DNA from: Minisyncoccota bacterium
GTDB lineage: Bacteria > Patescibacteriota > Minisyncoccia > Phycocordibacterales > UBA2100
Direction of reading: 5' to 3'
DNA: 64,000 nt
NCBI GenBank assembly: GCA_043780835.1
Contig: JAYWCB010000011.1
Location: forward strand, 26,767 to 90,766
The notes below the pieces were generated by a model that saw only the letters and a list, made by a program, of their open reading frames with translations, had not been told where the DNA came from and made no database searches. Both the position numbers and the translations under genes were made by a program. Positions 1 to 9,949 of this stretch are shown piece after piece (positions within the stretch are counted from its first letter, which is position 1; every line of letters starts with the position of its first letter).

Positions 1-2120
<2,120 letters not shown>

Positions 2121-2121
2121 T

Positions 2122-3546
2122 ATGGATCTTACTACGCTCACCATCGCCGAAGCGCGACGCGCGCTCGACGAAAAAGAATATTCAGCGCTCGACCTCACCA
2201 ATGCGTACCTCAAAGCCATTGATGAGAAAGATGGCGATATCCATGCGTACTTGGAAGTCTGGGTTGATAGTGCTCGCGCAGAAGCCCGTGCTGCCGACGA
2301 GCGAATTGCTCGGGGAGAAAGTGCGGCGCTCACCGGTATACCGATTGCAATCAAAGACAATATGCTTATCGAAGGGCGACGCGTAAGCGCTGCTTCAAAG
2401 ATTTTGGAGCACTATGTAGCAACCTACGACGCCACCGTCATACAAAAACTGAAGGCACAGGGTGCCGTGTTTCTTGGCCGCACAAATATGGACGAATTCG
2501 CGATGGGAAGCTCGACGGAAACATCTGCGTTCGGTACGACAAAAAATCCTCGCGACCTTACTCGAGTTCCCGGCGGATCCTCGGGTGGTTCTGCCGCTGC
2601 AGTAGCAGGGAATCTTGCGCTCGTGTCGCTCGGCTCCGATACCGGCGGTTCTATTCGCCAACCGGCATCACTGACCGGAATCGTCGGCATGAAACCCACA
2701 TACGGAGAGGTCTCACGATTCGGTCTGATGGCGCTTTCTTCATCACTTGATCAAATCGGACCATTCGGTAAAACCGTAGACGATGTTCGTATAGTGTTTG
2801 ATGCAATCCGTGGCCACGACTCAAACGACAGCACCTCGCTGCCGGCAGGCTATTCGCAAATCCCCGTGGAAAATCAAAAAGTGCTCGGCGTGCCACGCGC
2901 ATTCCTCGAAACGGGATCAGATTCGGACGTGCTACTTCGCTTTGAAGAAACGCTCGAGAAGCTGCGCTCAAAAGGATATGAGATTCGCGACATCGAAATG
3001 CCGAACTTGCCCTATTCACTTGCGGTTTACTACATTATTCAACCGGCAGAAGCCTCGACCAATCTTGCGCGCTATGACGGCATCCGCTATGGGATGTCGG
3101 TGCCGGCGGAGACGATCGGAGATGTGTATGAAAAAACACGGGGCGCGGGATTTGGTCGGGAGGTTCGGCGTCGCATTCTGATCGGTACATTTGTACTCTC
3201 ATCCGGTTACGCGGACGCATACTATCGAAAAGCGAGGGACGTGCGCGCTAGCATCCGTAAGGAATTTGAAGATGTGTTTGCAAGCGGCATTGATGCGGTG
3301 GTCACACCTACCACACCGTCTCCTGCATTTAAATTCGGCGCCAAAACCGATCCTGTCTCTATGTATGCAGAAGACGTGTTTGCGGTACCGCTTAATCTTG
3401 CGGGTGTTCCCGGTGTGTCAGTACCATGCGGGAGTGTTACGCGCGACGATGTGCAGCTGCCTGTGGGATTTCAAATTGTTGCAGCGCACGGCAATGATGA
3501 CTTGTTGTTCAAAATCGGCAGCGATGTAGAAAACAGCGCGCTATAA
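2122..3546 (+). CDS. gatA: Asp/Glu-tRNA amidotransferase subunit A
   Basis: Amidase signature (GIPIAIKDN, TNMDEFAMGSS, PGGSSGGSAAAV, GSDTGGSIRQPA), ARYDGIRYG, EVRRRILIGT. Start placed at ATG 2122, just after the gatC stop. Confidence 0.98.
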   Translation: MDLTTLTIAEARRALDEKEYSALDLTNAYLKAIDEKDGDIHAYLEVWVDSARAEARAADERIARGESAALTGIPIAIKDNMLIEGRRVSAASKILEHYVATYDATVIQKLKAQGAVFLGRTNMDEFAMGSSTETSAFGTTKNPRDLTRVPGGSSGGSAAAVAGNLALVSLGSDTGGSIRQPASLTGIVGMKPTYGEVSRFGLMALSSSLDQIGPFGKTVDDVRIVFDAIRGHDSNDSTSLPAGYSQIPVENQKVLGVPRAFLETGSDSDVLLRFEETLEKLRSKGYEIRDIEMPNLPYSLAVYYIIQPAEASTNLARYDGIRYGMSVPAETIGDVYEKTRGAGFGREVRRRILIGTFVLSSGYADAYYRKARDVRASIRKEFEDVFASGIDAVVTPTTPSPAFKFGAKTDPVSMYAEDVFAVPLNLAGVPGVSVPCGSVTRDDVQLPVGFQIVAAHGNDDLLFKIGSDVENSAL

Positions 3547-3554
3547 TCTGAAGG

Positions 3555-4256
3555 ATGGAACCACACTCCACCGCGCACGGCGTCGGATGGCTCGTCGGCT
3601 ATATTGGCGACGTGGTCTTTCGTTATGTTCCGGCAACGCTTGCGGTGCTATCCGGTAATGTGCCCGATGTAGGCATCGTAAATCCGATCACTCAGCCGAT
3701 TACACAACCGGTTACCACTGATCAACTGATCAATTTTCTAAGCCTGACTTCGCAGCCGGGCTACATAGACGAACTCTATCGATGGTGGGGAACGTGGGTG
3801 GTAATTTCAGTATTGTTTTCGCTGTTCCTCACCGCGGGGACCATTTATTCTGTCATCCGCATTCTTCAAATTCGAAAACATGAAGAAAACAGATTTGCAG
3901 CCGCGGCGCACCCGGTAGCAGCGCATGACATACCCAAAGCGCAGTTACGATGGAACAGAATCAAAGAAGAGATTTCTTCCGAGAGCGAACAAAGCTGGCG
4001 TCTCGCTATACTCGAAGGCGACATCATGTTGAACGAATTGCTGGACCTACTCGCGTATCGTGGCGAGACCATGGCAGATAAAATGAAACAGGTAGAGCGC
4101 GCGGATTGGAAAACCATCGATCTCGCATGGGAAGCGCATCGGATGCGAAATGCGATCGCACACCAGGGTTCCATGCAGCGGTTGAGCGATCGTGAAGCCC
4201 GTCGGGTGATCGGTCTCTACGAGCAGGTGTTTAAGGAATTTAAATTCATAGAATAA
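3555..4256 (+). CDS. Hypothetical membrane protein (one clear TM helix, helical C-terminal domain)
   Basis: 233-aa ORF with TATAAT 7 nt before the ATG; TM WVVISVLFSLFLTAGTIYSVI; C-terminal W.LAI.E.D.ML..LL...GETMA...AWEAH..RN.IAH pattern. Confidence 0.8.
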   Translation: MEPHSTAHGVGWLVGYIGDVVFRYVPATLAVLSGNVPDVGIVNPITQPITQPVTTDQLINFLSLTSQPGYIDELYRWWGTWVVISVLFSLFLTAGTIYSVIRILQIRKHEENRFAAAAHPVAAHDIPKAQLRWNRIKEEISSESEQSWRLAILEGDIMLNELLDLLAYRGETMADKMKQVERADWKTIDLAWEAHRMRNAIAHQGSMQRLSDREARRVIGLYEQVFKEFKFIE

Positions 4257-4264
4257 CAAAATGG

Positions 4265-4305
4265 ACCACACAAAAAGCCGCTTCATAAGCGGCTTTTTGT
4301 GTGGT
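4265..4305. terminator. Bidirectional intrinsic terminator
   Basis: Perfect 19-bp inverted repeat ACCACACAAAAAGCCGCTT-cat-AAGCGGCTTTTTGTGTGGT between convergent genes. Confidence 0.9.
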
Positions 4306-4316
4306 GCGCTAATTCG

Positions 4317-4754
4317 TTAGAGATCGGAATTCGAGTTTTCGCTATCACTTGTTCCCGACGGTGCTTTGCAGGCGGCGGCTGCTGTGCGGAACTTTGCCCA
4401 GGCAGAACTTCGTGCGCTCTGCCACGTCTTGCGTGCTGATTTCTCGGATGCGTTAAATGTTGACCACGCCGTTTTTACAGCAGTTCGAACGCTCTGAACA
4501 GTCGTCCCGGTATACGCCTGTTGAAGTGCGGTTGCGCGTGCGCTGTACGCAGCGTTTGATGCTGCGGAAGACGCTGTCATTGCTGTATCAATTGCAGTTT
4601 CCCGAGCGTTTACCGCTGCGCCCACGCACGCAATTTTTGCAGTTGCGTTTGGTTTCATAGACGTGCTTGAGGACGCGGTTTCAGCGAATGCAGGGCTCAC
4701 GAGTAATGCGGAGAGAGCGAATGTTGCAACGGCGGTACGAATTATTTTTTTCAT
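4317..4754 (-). CDS. Secreted Ala-rich helical protein with two Cys
   Basis: Classic signal peptide MKKIIRTAVATFALSALLVSPAFA; an alternative in-frame ATG at 4799 overlaps the upstream stop. Confidence 0.8.
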   Translation of the reverse strand: MKKIIRTAVATFALSALLVSPAFAETASSSTSMKPNATAKIACVGAAVNARETAIDTAMTASSAASNAAYSARATALQQAYTGTTVQSVRTAVKTAWSTFNASEKSARKTWQSARSSAWAKFRTAAAACKAPSGTSDSENSNSDL

Positions 4755-4795
4755 GATTTCAGTTTTAGATTTTATTAGGTGTCGATCGATACTGT

Positions 4796-5110
4796 TCATG
4801 CGGGCGGTCCTCGAACGGTGCTCGTATTAGGAGATATGGTGTGTGAAGCAATAGCGGCATCTGCGATAGTGCTTGAACGTGAGGAAAACGCGCCGATATG
4901 GAGGGTATTGTGTGAGACGTACACAAGCTTTTCAGGAGTATCAACCCCGCGCTTGCCCAGATGCGTATTGTCGAAGAGCGATACATTCGCGCCGTCCCTG
5001 TCATCAGGTGCGAGGAGGGTTGAGAGACCTGCTGATGGCACGAGAAAGACTACAGTGAGGGCTGAGAGCGAAATGGCAATCCGAACATATACCTGCTGTA
5101 GGGATTTCAT
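4796..5110 (-). CDS. Small leader protein with N-terminal TM and C-terminal RGPP motif (candidate arrest peptide)
   Basis: 104 aa; TATACT 6 nt before the ATG; hydrophobic IAISLSALTVVFLV; ends TVRGPPA*. Confidence 0.55.
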   Translation of the reverse strand: MKSLQQVYVRIAISLSALTVVFLVPSAGLSTLLAPDDRDGANVSLFDNTHLGKRGVDTPEKLVYVSHNTLHIGAFSSRSSTIADAAIASHTISPNTSTVRGPPA

Positions 5111-5195
5111 TCCTCGAGTATACCAAGCGACTACGCGCGTCTGCGATGCAAATTCATTGCGGGTAAAATTGCAATGTAGTACAATCCGCCCCGAT

Positions 5196-5267
5196 AGCGG
5201 GGTGGAGCAGTAGTAGCTCGCCAGGCTCATAACCTGGAGGTCGGGGGTGCAAGTCCCTCCCCCGCAA
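5196..5267 (+). tRNA. tRNA-Met(CAT), initiator-like; CCA not encoded
   Basis: AGCGGGG/CCCCGCA acceptor stem with 1:72 mismatch, GAGC/GCTC D stem, CCAGG-CTCATAA-CCTGG anticodon arm. Confidence 0.92.
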
Positions 5268-5268
5268 C

Positions 5269-5310
5269 AAGAAACAAAAAACTCCCCATGTGGGGAGTTT
5301 TTTGTTTCTT
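5269..5310. terminator. Hairpin terminator after tRNA-Met
   Basis: 20-bp perfect inverted repeat AAGAAACAAAAAACTCCCCA-tg-TGGGGAGTTTTTTGTTTCTT. Confidence 0.88.
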
Positions 5311-5337
5311 AGCGGGAGCAACAGCGGAGGTGCTGCG

Positions 5338-5454
5338 AGAGGGACTTGCAAGGTTTTGCGTGGGAATCCGCCAGTAGGCGGGATCGCAAAACCAGGGCCG
5401 AGCGGAGATTTTCGCGACGGCGAAAATCGAGCGCTTGGCCAAGCCGTGTCGCAA
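5338..5454 (+). repeat. tRNA-linked structured element, copy matched to tRNA-Met
   Basis: Begins with GGGACTTGCA (reverse complement of the tRNA T-arm TGCAAGTCCC); two internal hairpins; same layout as the copies at 7296-7422 and 7824-7940. Confidence 0.75.
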
Positions 5455-5477
5455 TACGCCGTAAAAGCCAACGCTAT

Positions 5478-5657
5478 TTACTCCGACAGCACTCCAATCA
5501 CCATCTGCGCCGTAGTCGAAATCGCAAACAGCAGAATCGCGATGATAAAAAGTTTCCACTCAAAAAAAAGCGCGAGACGGCCGATCGAATAGACAAGAAA
5601 AATGAATGTGATGGGCCAGACGAAGAACGAATTCACTGCCATGATCGAACTCCACAT
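5478..5657 (-). CDS. 59-aa two-TM small membrane protein (not in ORF track)
   Basis: MWSSIMAVNSFFVWPITFIFLVYSIGRLALFFEWKLFIIAILLFAISTTAQMVIGVLSE*; starts 5 nt after the response-regulator stop. Confidence 0.65.
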   Translation of the reverse strand: MWSSIMAVNSFFVWPITFIFLVYSIGRLALFFEWKLFIIAILLFAISTTAQMVIGVLSE

Positions 5658-5662
5658 ACCTC

Positions 5663-6028
5663 CTATGCAAGGATTGAGCGGACTTTTGCGACGATTTGTT
5701 TCGGTTCAAACTCAACTTTCACCATGTAGTCAATGGCGCCAAGTTCGCGCCCTCGTTGAATGTCTTCCGGCTGTCCGAGATTTGAGAGAATAACGACGGG
5801 TATGAGTGCTAATGCAGCGTCCTCTTTCAGGGTTTGTAAGACTTCAAAGCCGTTCTTGCGAGGCAAAAGTATATCGAGCAGCACGAGATCGGGATGGACC
5901 TCCCGCGTTACCGCGACAGCTTGCTCACCGTCAAAAGCATTTGCCACCTCAAAGCCGGCATCGGATAGTTCGCGCGAAAGTATAGAAAAGATCAGTTGGT
6001 CATCCTCGACAATCAGTACTTTTTTCAT
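5663..6028 (-). CDS. Single-domain response regulator (CheY-like receiver)
   Basis: MKKVLIVEDD, PDLVLLDILLP, PVVILSN, GAIDYMVK. Confidence 0.93.
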   Translation of the reverse strand: MKKVLIVEDDQLIFSILSRELSDAGFEVANAFDGEQAVAVTREVHPDLVLLDILLPRKNGFEVLQTLKEDAALALIPVVILSNLGQPEDIQRGRELGAIDYMVKVEFEPKQIVAKVRSILA

Positions 6029-6094
6029 AGGTACCTTACAGTATAGCCCCTCCGGAGGGGGATTCCACAAGCACACAATTTGTAGAATCCTGGC

Positions 6095-6322
6095 CTATCT
6101 CTGAGTTGTGCTTGACGTCGACGTGCCAACAGTTCGCAATGGCACACCCATACCGGTATACACCTGCAGTCGAGGAAAATCATAGGTGCGCATTATATTT
6201 TTTGTATCCTGCATATCCTGATATTGCATTCCCAGATAGAAAAATAATACCGGTATCAGACCGACGAACACGATAATTGCCAGCATGCGCGAAACAGGAG
6301 TTACTTCGTGCCAGTTGACCAT
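6095..6322 (-). CDS. Small single-TM hypothetical protein
   Basis: 75 aa; TATACT 6 nt before the ATG; TM LAIIVFVGLIPVLFFYLG. Confidence 0.7.
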   Translation of the reverse strand: MVNWHEVTPVSRMLAIIVFVGLIPVLFFYLGMQYQDMQDTKNIMRTYDFPRLQVYTGMGVPLRTVGTSTSSTTQR

Positions 6323-6353
6323 GAAGAAAGTATAGCGCCTTTCTGCTTTTCGT

Positions 6354-7205
6354 TTATTGCGCCCAGATGACGAAGGTCATGACTTTGGTGTCATTACCGA
6401 GATCGCGAATATACAGCGATTCCTTGCCGTCTCGGGATGTGCGAATGACCTTGCCCCATTCTGCTGCGTTCTCGAAATCATCACTCTGAGCTACAGCTGA
6501 TGCTCGTGACGCTTTCGACAGTGAAACGGTAGTGTTTGTATCGAGGTGTGCATAGATCAAACCGAGCTCCTCGTAATCATGCGTGTTGGGATGCTCGTTG
6601 CTCAGTCCATAATCAAATCCATTGTAGATACCGCCCGCCGGCGCATTTGTGTAATCCATGCATGTACCAAGGTTCGTGTTGGCAAAAGCCTCGTCTTGAT
6701 GATCAAGGCCAAAGGTGTGCGCAATTTCCTGACACATCACCATATTGCGCCACGCGGATGTATTGTATTTCGCTGTATTGAAGTACGTGTCATTCAACTT
6801 TGCCGTGCCCTGAGTAATGTGCGTACCGCTTATCGAAATTTGCGCGATTCCAAGCCATCCGGTATTTCCGTAGGAGTTGTTGCACACTTGTACGGTGCCC
6901 GAAATCGCTCTGCAATTTCTCGCAGTGGTACCGCCTGGTACAACGGTCGTGTGGAGTGCTTGTGCGATACCTGCGCCAGGATAGAGAACGCTTGGATCCG
7001 CATTCCAGTCATTCGCTGCACTGCGAAGGTATGCGTCCCATACTCCGCCTACATTGTCGCCGAGTTTGAGCGTGAACGGCGTTGCCGTACGAGCCCAATG
7101 ATAACCGCCCCACGAATGGCTCGCCTCCGCTGTGAGAGCGACACCGCATACTGCCATTATAAGTAACGCTACCGAGCTACCCGCAACAATTCGAGATGTA
7201 TTCAT
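6354..7205 (-). CDS. Secreted metzincin-like protein with QExxH variant zinc motif
   Basis: Signal peptide MNTSRIVAGSSVALLIMAVCGVALTAEA; CQEIAHTFGLDH followed by a CMDY Met-turn. Confidence 0.8.
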   Translation of the reverse strand: MNTSRIVAGSSVALLIMAVCGVALTAEASHSWGGYHWARTATPFTLKLGDNVGGVWDAYLRSAANDWNADPSVLYPGAGIAQALHTTVVPGGTTARNCRAISGTVQVCNNSYGNTGWLGIAQISISGTHITQGTAKLNDTYFNTAKYNTSAWRNMVMCQEIAHTFGLDHQDEAFANTNLGTCMDYTNAPAGGIYNGFDYGLSNEHPNTHDYEELGLIYAHLDTNTTVSLSKASRASAVAQSDDFENAAEWGKVIRTSRDGKESLYIRDLGNDTKVMTFVIWAQ

Positions 7206-7295
7206 ATGCGCATCATTGTATGCCTCGAATTCTCTGTTGTCATTATCAAAACAAATCAGGCCTTCATCTAGTCCCGACGCAGAGTGACTCATGCT

Positions 7296-7422
7296 CGCAA
7301 GTGAGGGGACTCGGTCACGAATCACTAAGTATTTTCTTCGCAAACTCGAAAATACTAAGTGTTCTCGACCCCGACTCAGCCCTTCTTCGGCCCCCGGCCG
7401 CGGGCTTCTGTCTTTCGAGTCC
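7296..7422 (-). repeat. tRNA-linked structured element, tRNA-Asp-type copy
   Basis: Minus strand: GGACTCGAAAG-hairpin-GGGGTCG-hairpin-TGACCGAGTCCCCTCACTTGCG; the end resembles the tRNA-Asp 3' end CGAGTCCCGTCACTTGCG. Confidence 0.8.
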
Positions 7423-7441
7423 GCGTTTACAAGAAGCAAAC

Positions 7442-7471
7442 CAAAAGGTCACCCTTTAAGGTGACCTTTTG
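7442..7471. terminator. Bidirectional terminator-like hairpin
   Basis: CAAAAGGTCACC-ctttaa-GGTGACCTTTTG, perfect 12-bp stem. Confidence 0.8.
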
Positions 7472-7557
7472 ACTTGCTAGCGCGGGCTGGTGGACGATGT
7501 TAGAACCGAAATAATGAAATCCGAAAGGAGTGTGGCTGAGAAGGGTATACTTCATAT

Positions 7558-7755
7558 ATGGGCATATCTTCTGAAATTGGACCGCTGATCGTTGGCTCAC
7601 TAGTATTCATGCTCTTCATCGCACCTTTCGTTTTAGCTCTTGCACTACTCTCGCACGGTGTAAAGCGAAAATCATATGTGCACTTCGGCGCGGGCATTGG
7701 GCTGCTCCTTCTTTCATGGTTTTTCTTATTGCCATTCTTTTTTGGTAAGAATTGA
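7558..7755 (+). CDS. 65-aa two-TM small membrane protein
   Basis: TATACT 6 nt before the ATG; two hydrophobic segments separated by KRK. Confidence 0.65.
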   Translation: MGISSEIGPLIVGSLVFMLFIAPFVLALALLSHGVKRKSYVHFGAGIGLLLLSWFFLLPFFFGKN

Positions 7756-7784
7756 GGTGATTTTTTCAAGGAGTTGCCAGCTTA

Positions 7785-7940
7785 AAGTGACGCGACTCGG
7801 TCAAGCGCTCAAAATGTTGCCGTCGCAAGTGATGGGACTCGGTCAGGAATAATTCAGTTGCCGTCGCAACTGAATTTTCACGACCCTGGCTCGCGATTCG
7901 CCGTGCTCGGCTCATATCGCTCCGCCTTTCGAGTCCCGTC
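7785..7940 (-). repeat. tRNA-linked structured element: one full copy (7824-7940) fused to a partial copy (7785-7828)
   Basis: GACGGGACTCGAAAGGC...GCCAGGGTCG...TTGCGACGGCAA...TGACCGAGTCCCATCACTTGCG, then ACGGCAAC...GAGCGCTTGACCGAGTCGCGTCACTT. Confidence 0.8.
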
Positions 7941-7964
7941 GCCGCTTACGCGGCTTCAGTCATA

Positions 7965-7997
7965 TGAAAATAGCCGGCAGGAAGCCGGCCATTTTCA
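7965..7997 (-). terminator. Terminator hairpin after tRNA-Asp
   Basis: TGAAAATaGCCGGC-aggaa-GCCGGCcATTTTCA. Confidence 0.75.
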
Positions 7998-8003
7998 ATG
8001 ATG

Positions 8004-8077
8004 CGCAAGTGACGGGACTCGAACCCGCAGCCTCTCCCGTGACAGGGGAGTGCTCTAACCAATTGAGCTACACCTGC
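8004..8077 (-). tRNA. tRNA-Asp(GTC); CCA not encoded
   Basis: GCAGGTG...CTCCC-CTGTCAC-GGGAG...GCGGGTTCGAGTCCCGT-CACTTGC-G cloverleaf. Confidence 0.96.
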
Positions 8078-8134
8078 ATTTTGGCGAATCATATGACCCG
8101 CAACGGGCACAGAATACAACGAATCTGACTGATC

Positions 8135-8383
8135 TCAAACCTTTTGAACGCCCCAGAAGTACTTCACGACATCGAATCCCGACACCAGCGCCCATACCGC
8201 ATTGATCGCCATAAACGGAAGCGATCCGAGGTGTGACGCATATATCAACAAACCCATGGATGCGACAAAGTTCAACGCATCGTACAGGATGCTATCCGCG
8301 GTGAGTTTGCCGTATTCATTGCCGACGAACGCAATCAGTGTAAGTAGTGCGGAAACGGCTCCCACAATTTCGATCATTTCCAT
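8135..8383 (-). CDS. Small three-TM membrane protein (CBU_0592-like)
   Basis: 82 aa; Y..LN..AS..L.IYA......F..IN.VWA.VS pattern; TACAAT 6 nt before the ATG. Confidence 0.75.
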   Translation of the reverse strand: MEMIEIVGAVSALLTLIAFVGNEYGKLTADSILYDALNFVASMGLLIYASHLGSLPFMAINAVWALVSGFDVVKYFWGVQKV

Positions 8384-8406
8384 GGGTACATTGTACCTGT
8401 TTTTTG

Positions 8407-8478
8407 TGCCGGAGGACGGGAACGATCCGTCGACCTGACGCTTATGAAACGTCCGCTCTACCACTGAGCTACCCCGGC
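8407..8478 (-). tRNA. tRNA with CAT anticodon (elongator Met or Ile2); CCA not encoded
   Basis: GCCGGGG/CTCCGGC paired acceptor, GACGT-TTCATAA-GCGTC anticodon arm, GACGG-ATCGTTC-CCGTC T arm. Confidence 0.9.
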
Positions 8479-8591
8479 GTTCATCGAAAAGTACTACACT
8501 TCAGACCCGCTATCAACCCGAGAATTTTGTATTTTAAATGAGTGCTAGGTAAAATGAGAAATCAGTATGTCCTTTTTGGTATACTGTCGGT

Positions 8592-8726
8592 ATGAACCTC
8601 ATCTATACATTTCTTAAAACAATACTCGATTTTTTTGTGCAAATAATCATGCTGTTTATCAGTATGTTCGTTTACATTCTGCACTTCATCGGTGCTCTCA
8701 TTCAAAGCCTTGCGCATTCCGTCTAA
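8592..8726 (+). CDS. 44-aa hydrophobic small protein upstream of lepB (not in ORF track)
   Basis: MNLIYTFLKTILDFFVQIIMLFISMFVYILHFIGALIQSLAHSV*; TATACT 6 nt upstream; ends 5 nt before lepB. Confidence 0.55.
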   Translation: MNLIYTFLKTILDFFVQIIMLFISMFVYILHFIGALIQSLAHSV

Positions 8727-8731
8727 GCGAT

Positions 8732-9322
8732 ATGTCACTTTTCTCGCGCGGTGTGCCGTCGCCGGAGCATCCGGAGCGGAAAAGTAGTCTCATTTTTGAG
8801 GTGTTTAAATACACGATCATTTCCTTGATCATCGTCGCACCATTCCGCCTTTACATAGCTCAACCGTTCATAGTGTCGGGTCTGTCGATGAGCAGCACCC
8901 TCATGCCCAAAGAGTATCTGATTGTCGACCAATTGACCTATCGCAGCGAAACACCTGCGCGCGGAGATGTGGTGATTTTTAAATATCCGTTGGATCCGAG
9001 CGTGTATTTTGTAAAGCGTATTATCGGCTTGCCGGGTGAGACAATTCGTATTGATCACGCGGTAGTCACGGTGCAGGGTGCTTCTTCGAGCGCACCGATT
9101 CGACTTGATGAGCCGTATGTCTCTTCAGTTGCAAACCAAACTGCGCCGAGCGAGATCAAACTCGCTGCTGATGAATATTTTGTTCTCGGCGATAATAGAA
9201 AGGAAAGTTCAGATTCTCGCATATGGGGACCTCTGCAGCGTAAATTTATTGTCGGACGCGCATTCGCGCGCATATTTCCGCTCACACGCGCAGTATTATT
9301 TCCCGGCGAACATCGTTTTTAA
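8732..9322 (+). CDS. lepB: Signal peptidase I
   Basis: QPFIVSGLSM (catalytic Ser), RGDVVIF, FVKRIIGLPGE (catalytic Lys), YFVLGDNR..S.DSR.WG. Confidence 0.96.
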   Translation: MSLFSRGVPSPEHPERKSSLIFEVFKYTIISLIIVAPFRLYIAQPFIVSGLSMSSTLMPKEYLIVDQLTYRSETPARGDVVIFKYPLDPSVYFVKRIIGLPGETIRIDHAVVTVQGASSSAPIRLDEPYVSSVANQTAPSEIKLAADEYFVLGDNRKESSDSRIWGPLQRKFIVGRAFARIFPLTRAVLFPGEHRF

Positions 9323-9423
9323 CACACATCGTTCGACGTGAAGACGCTATCCACATGGAAGCAGTCTGAAACAACGTACGCAACTACAGAGACGCGTTAT
9401 ACTGAACGTTACGATCTTTCTAT

Positions 9424-9900
9424 ATGTCGTCTTTTTTACAACGCCTCAAATCAAAAGATGTAATCCCTGGTGCACCGGAAGATAAAAAGCAGGAAAAAGT
9501 CGCGCTGCAAGTCGAGAAATCGCCCGGGAGTCCCTCGACCGACGAGCAGCTTGCGGTCGACATCTACAAAATTCCGGGAGCAATCATCATTTACGCACAA
9601 CTCGCCGGGTCGAACATCGAAGACTATGGCGTCACCATCGAAGGGGACGGCGACATCGTCACGATAAAGGGTGAGCGCAAGCGGCCGCAAGGCGAGCACT
9701 TTCAACTTCCGACTGCTGAGGGTCGTGAGAAAATTCTTGAAGAATGCTCGTGGGGCGGATTTTACCGTCAAATCATTCTTCCGTCCGAGGTCGACTCGGA
9801 AAAGACTGAGGCAATCATGAAAGAAGGAGTGCTCATGCTGCTCCTTCCGCTCAAAAGCGGACAGGGTAACGGTATCCGTATTCGGGTCAATAAAGCTTGA
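9424..9900 (+). CDS. Hsp20/alpha-crystallin small heat-shock protein
   Basis: L.VDIY, TIKGER, EC.WGGFYRQIILP.EVD, EA.MKEGVL.L.LP. Confidence 0.9.
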   Translation: MSSFLQRLKSKDVIPGAPEDKKQEKVALQVEKSPGSPSTDEQLAVDIYKIPGAIIIYAQLAGSNIEDYGVTIEGDGDIVTIKGERKRPQGEHFQLPTAEGREKILEECSWGGFYRQIILPSEVDSEKTEAIMKEGVLMLLLPLKSGQGNGIRIRVNKA

Positions 9901-9949
9901 TCACAATCGAGTCTGTTTTCGCGTTACGCGAAACGCTTCACACATTTGC

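Noticed and set aside
7206-7439. Long N-terminal extension of the metzincin-like ORF
   Set aside because: It reads through the structured repeat; the signal peptide and -10 box point to ATG 7205
7478-7520. Possible recombinase C-terminal remnant (RGLVDDVRTEI)
   Set aside because: Too short; no start codon or catalytic motif to support it
7296-7940. Hammerhead ribozyme or CRISPR interpretation of the tRNA-linked repeats
   Set aside because: A GAAA junction is present but no CUGANGA core; repeats are neither identical nor regularly spaced, and no cas genes are present
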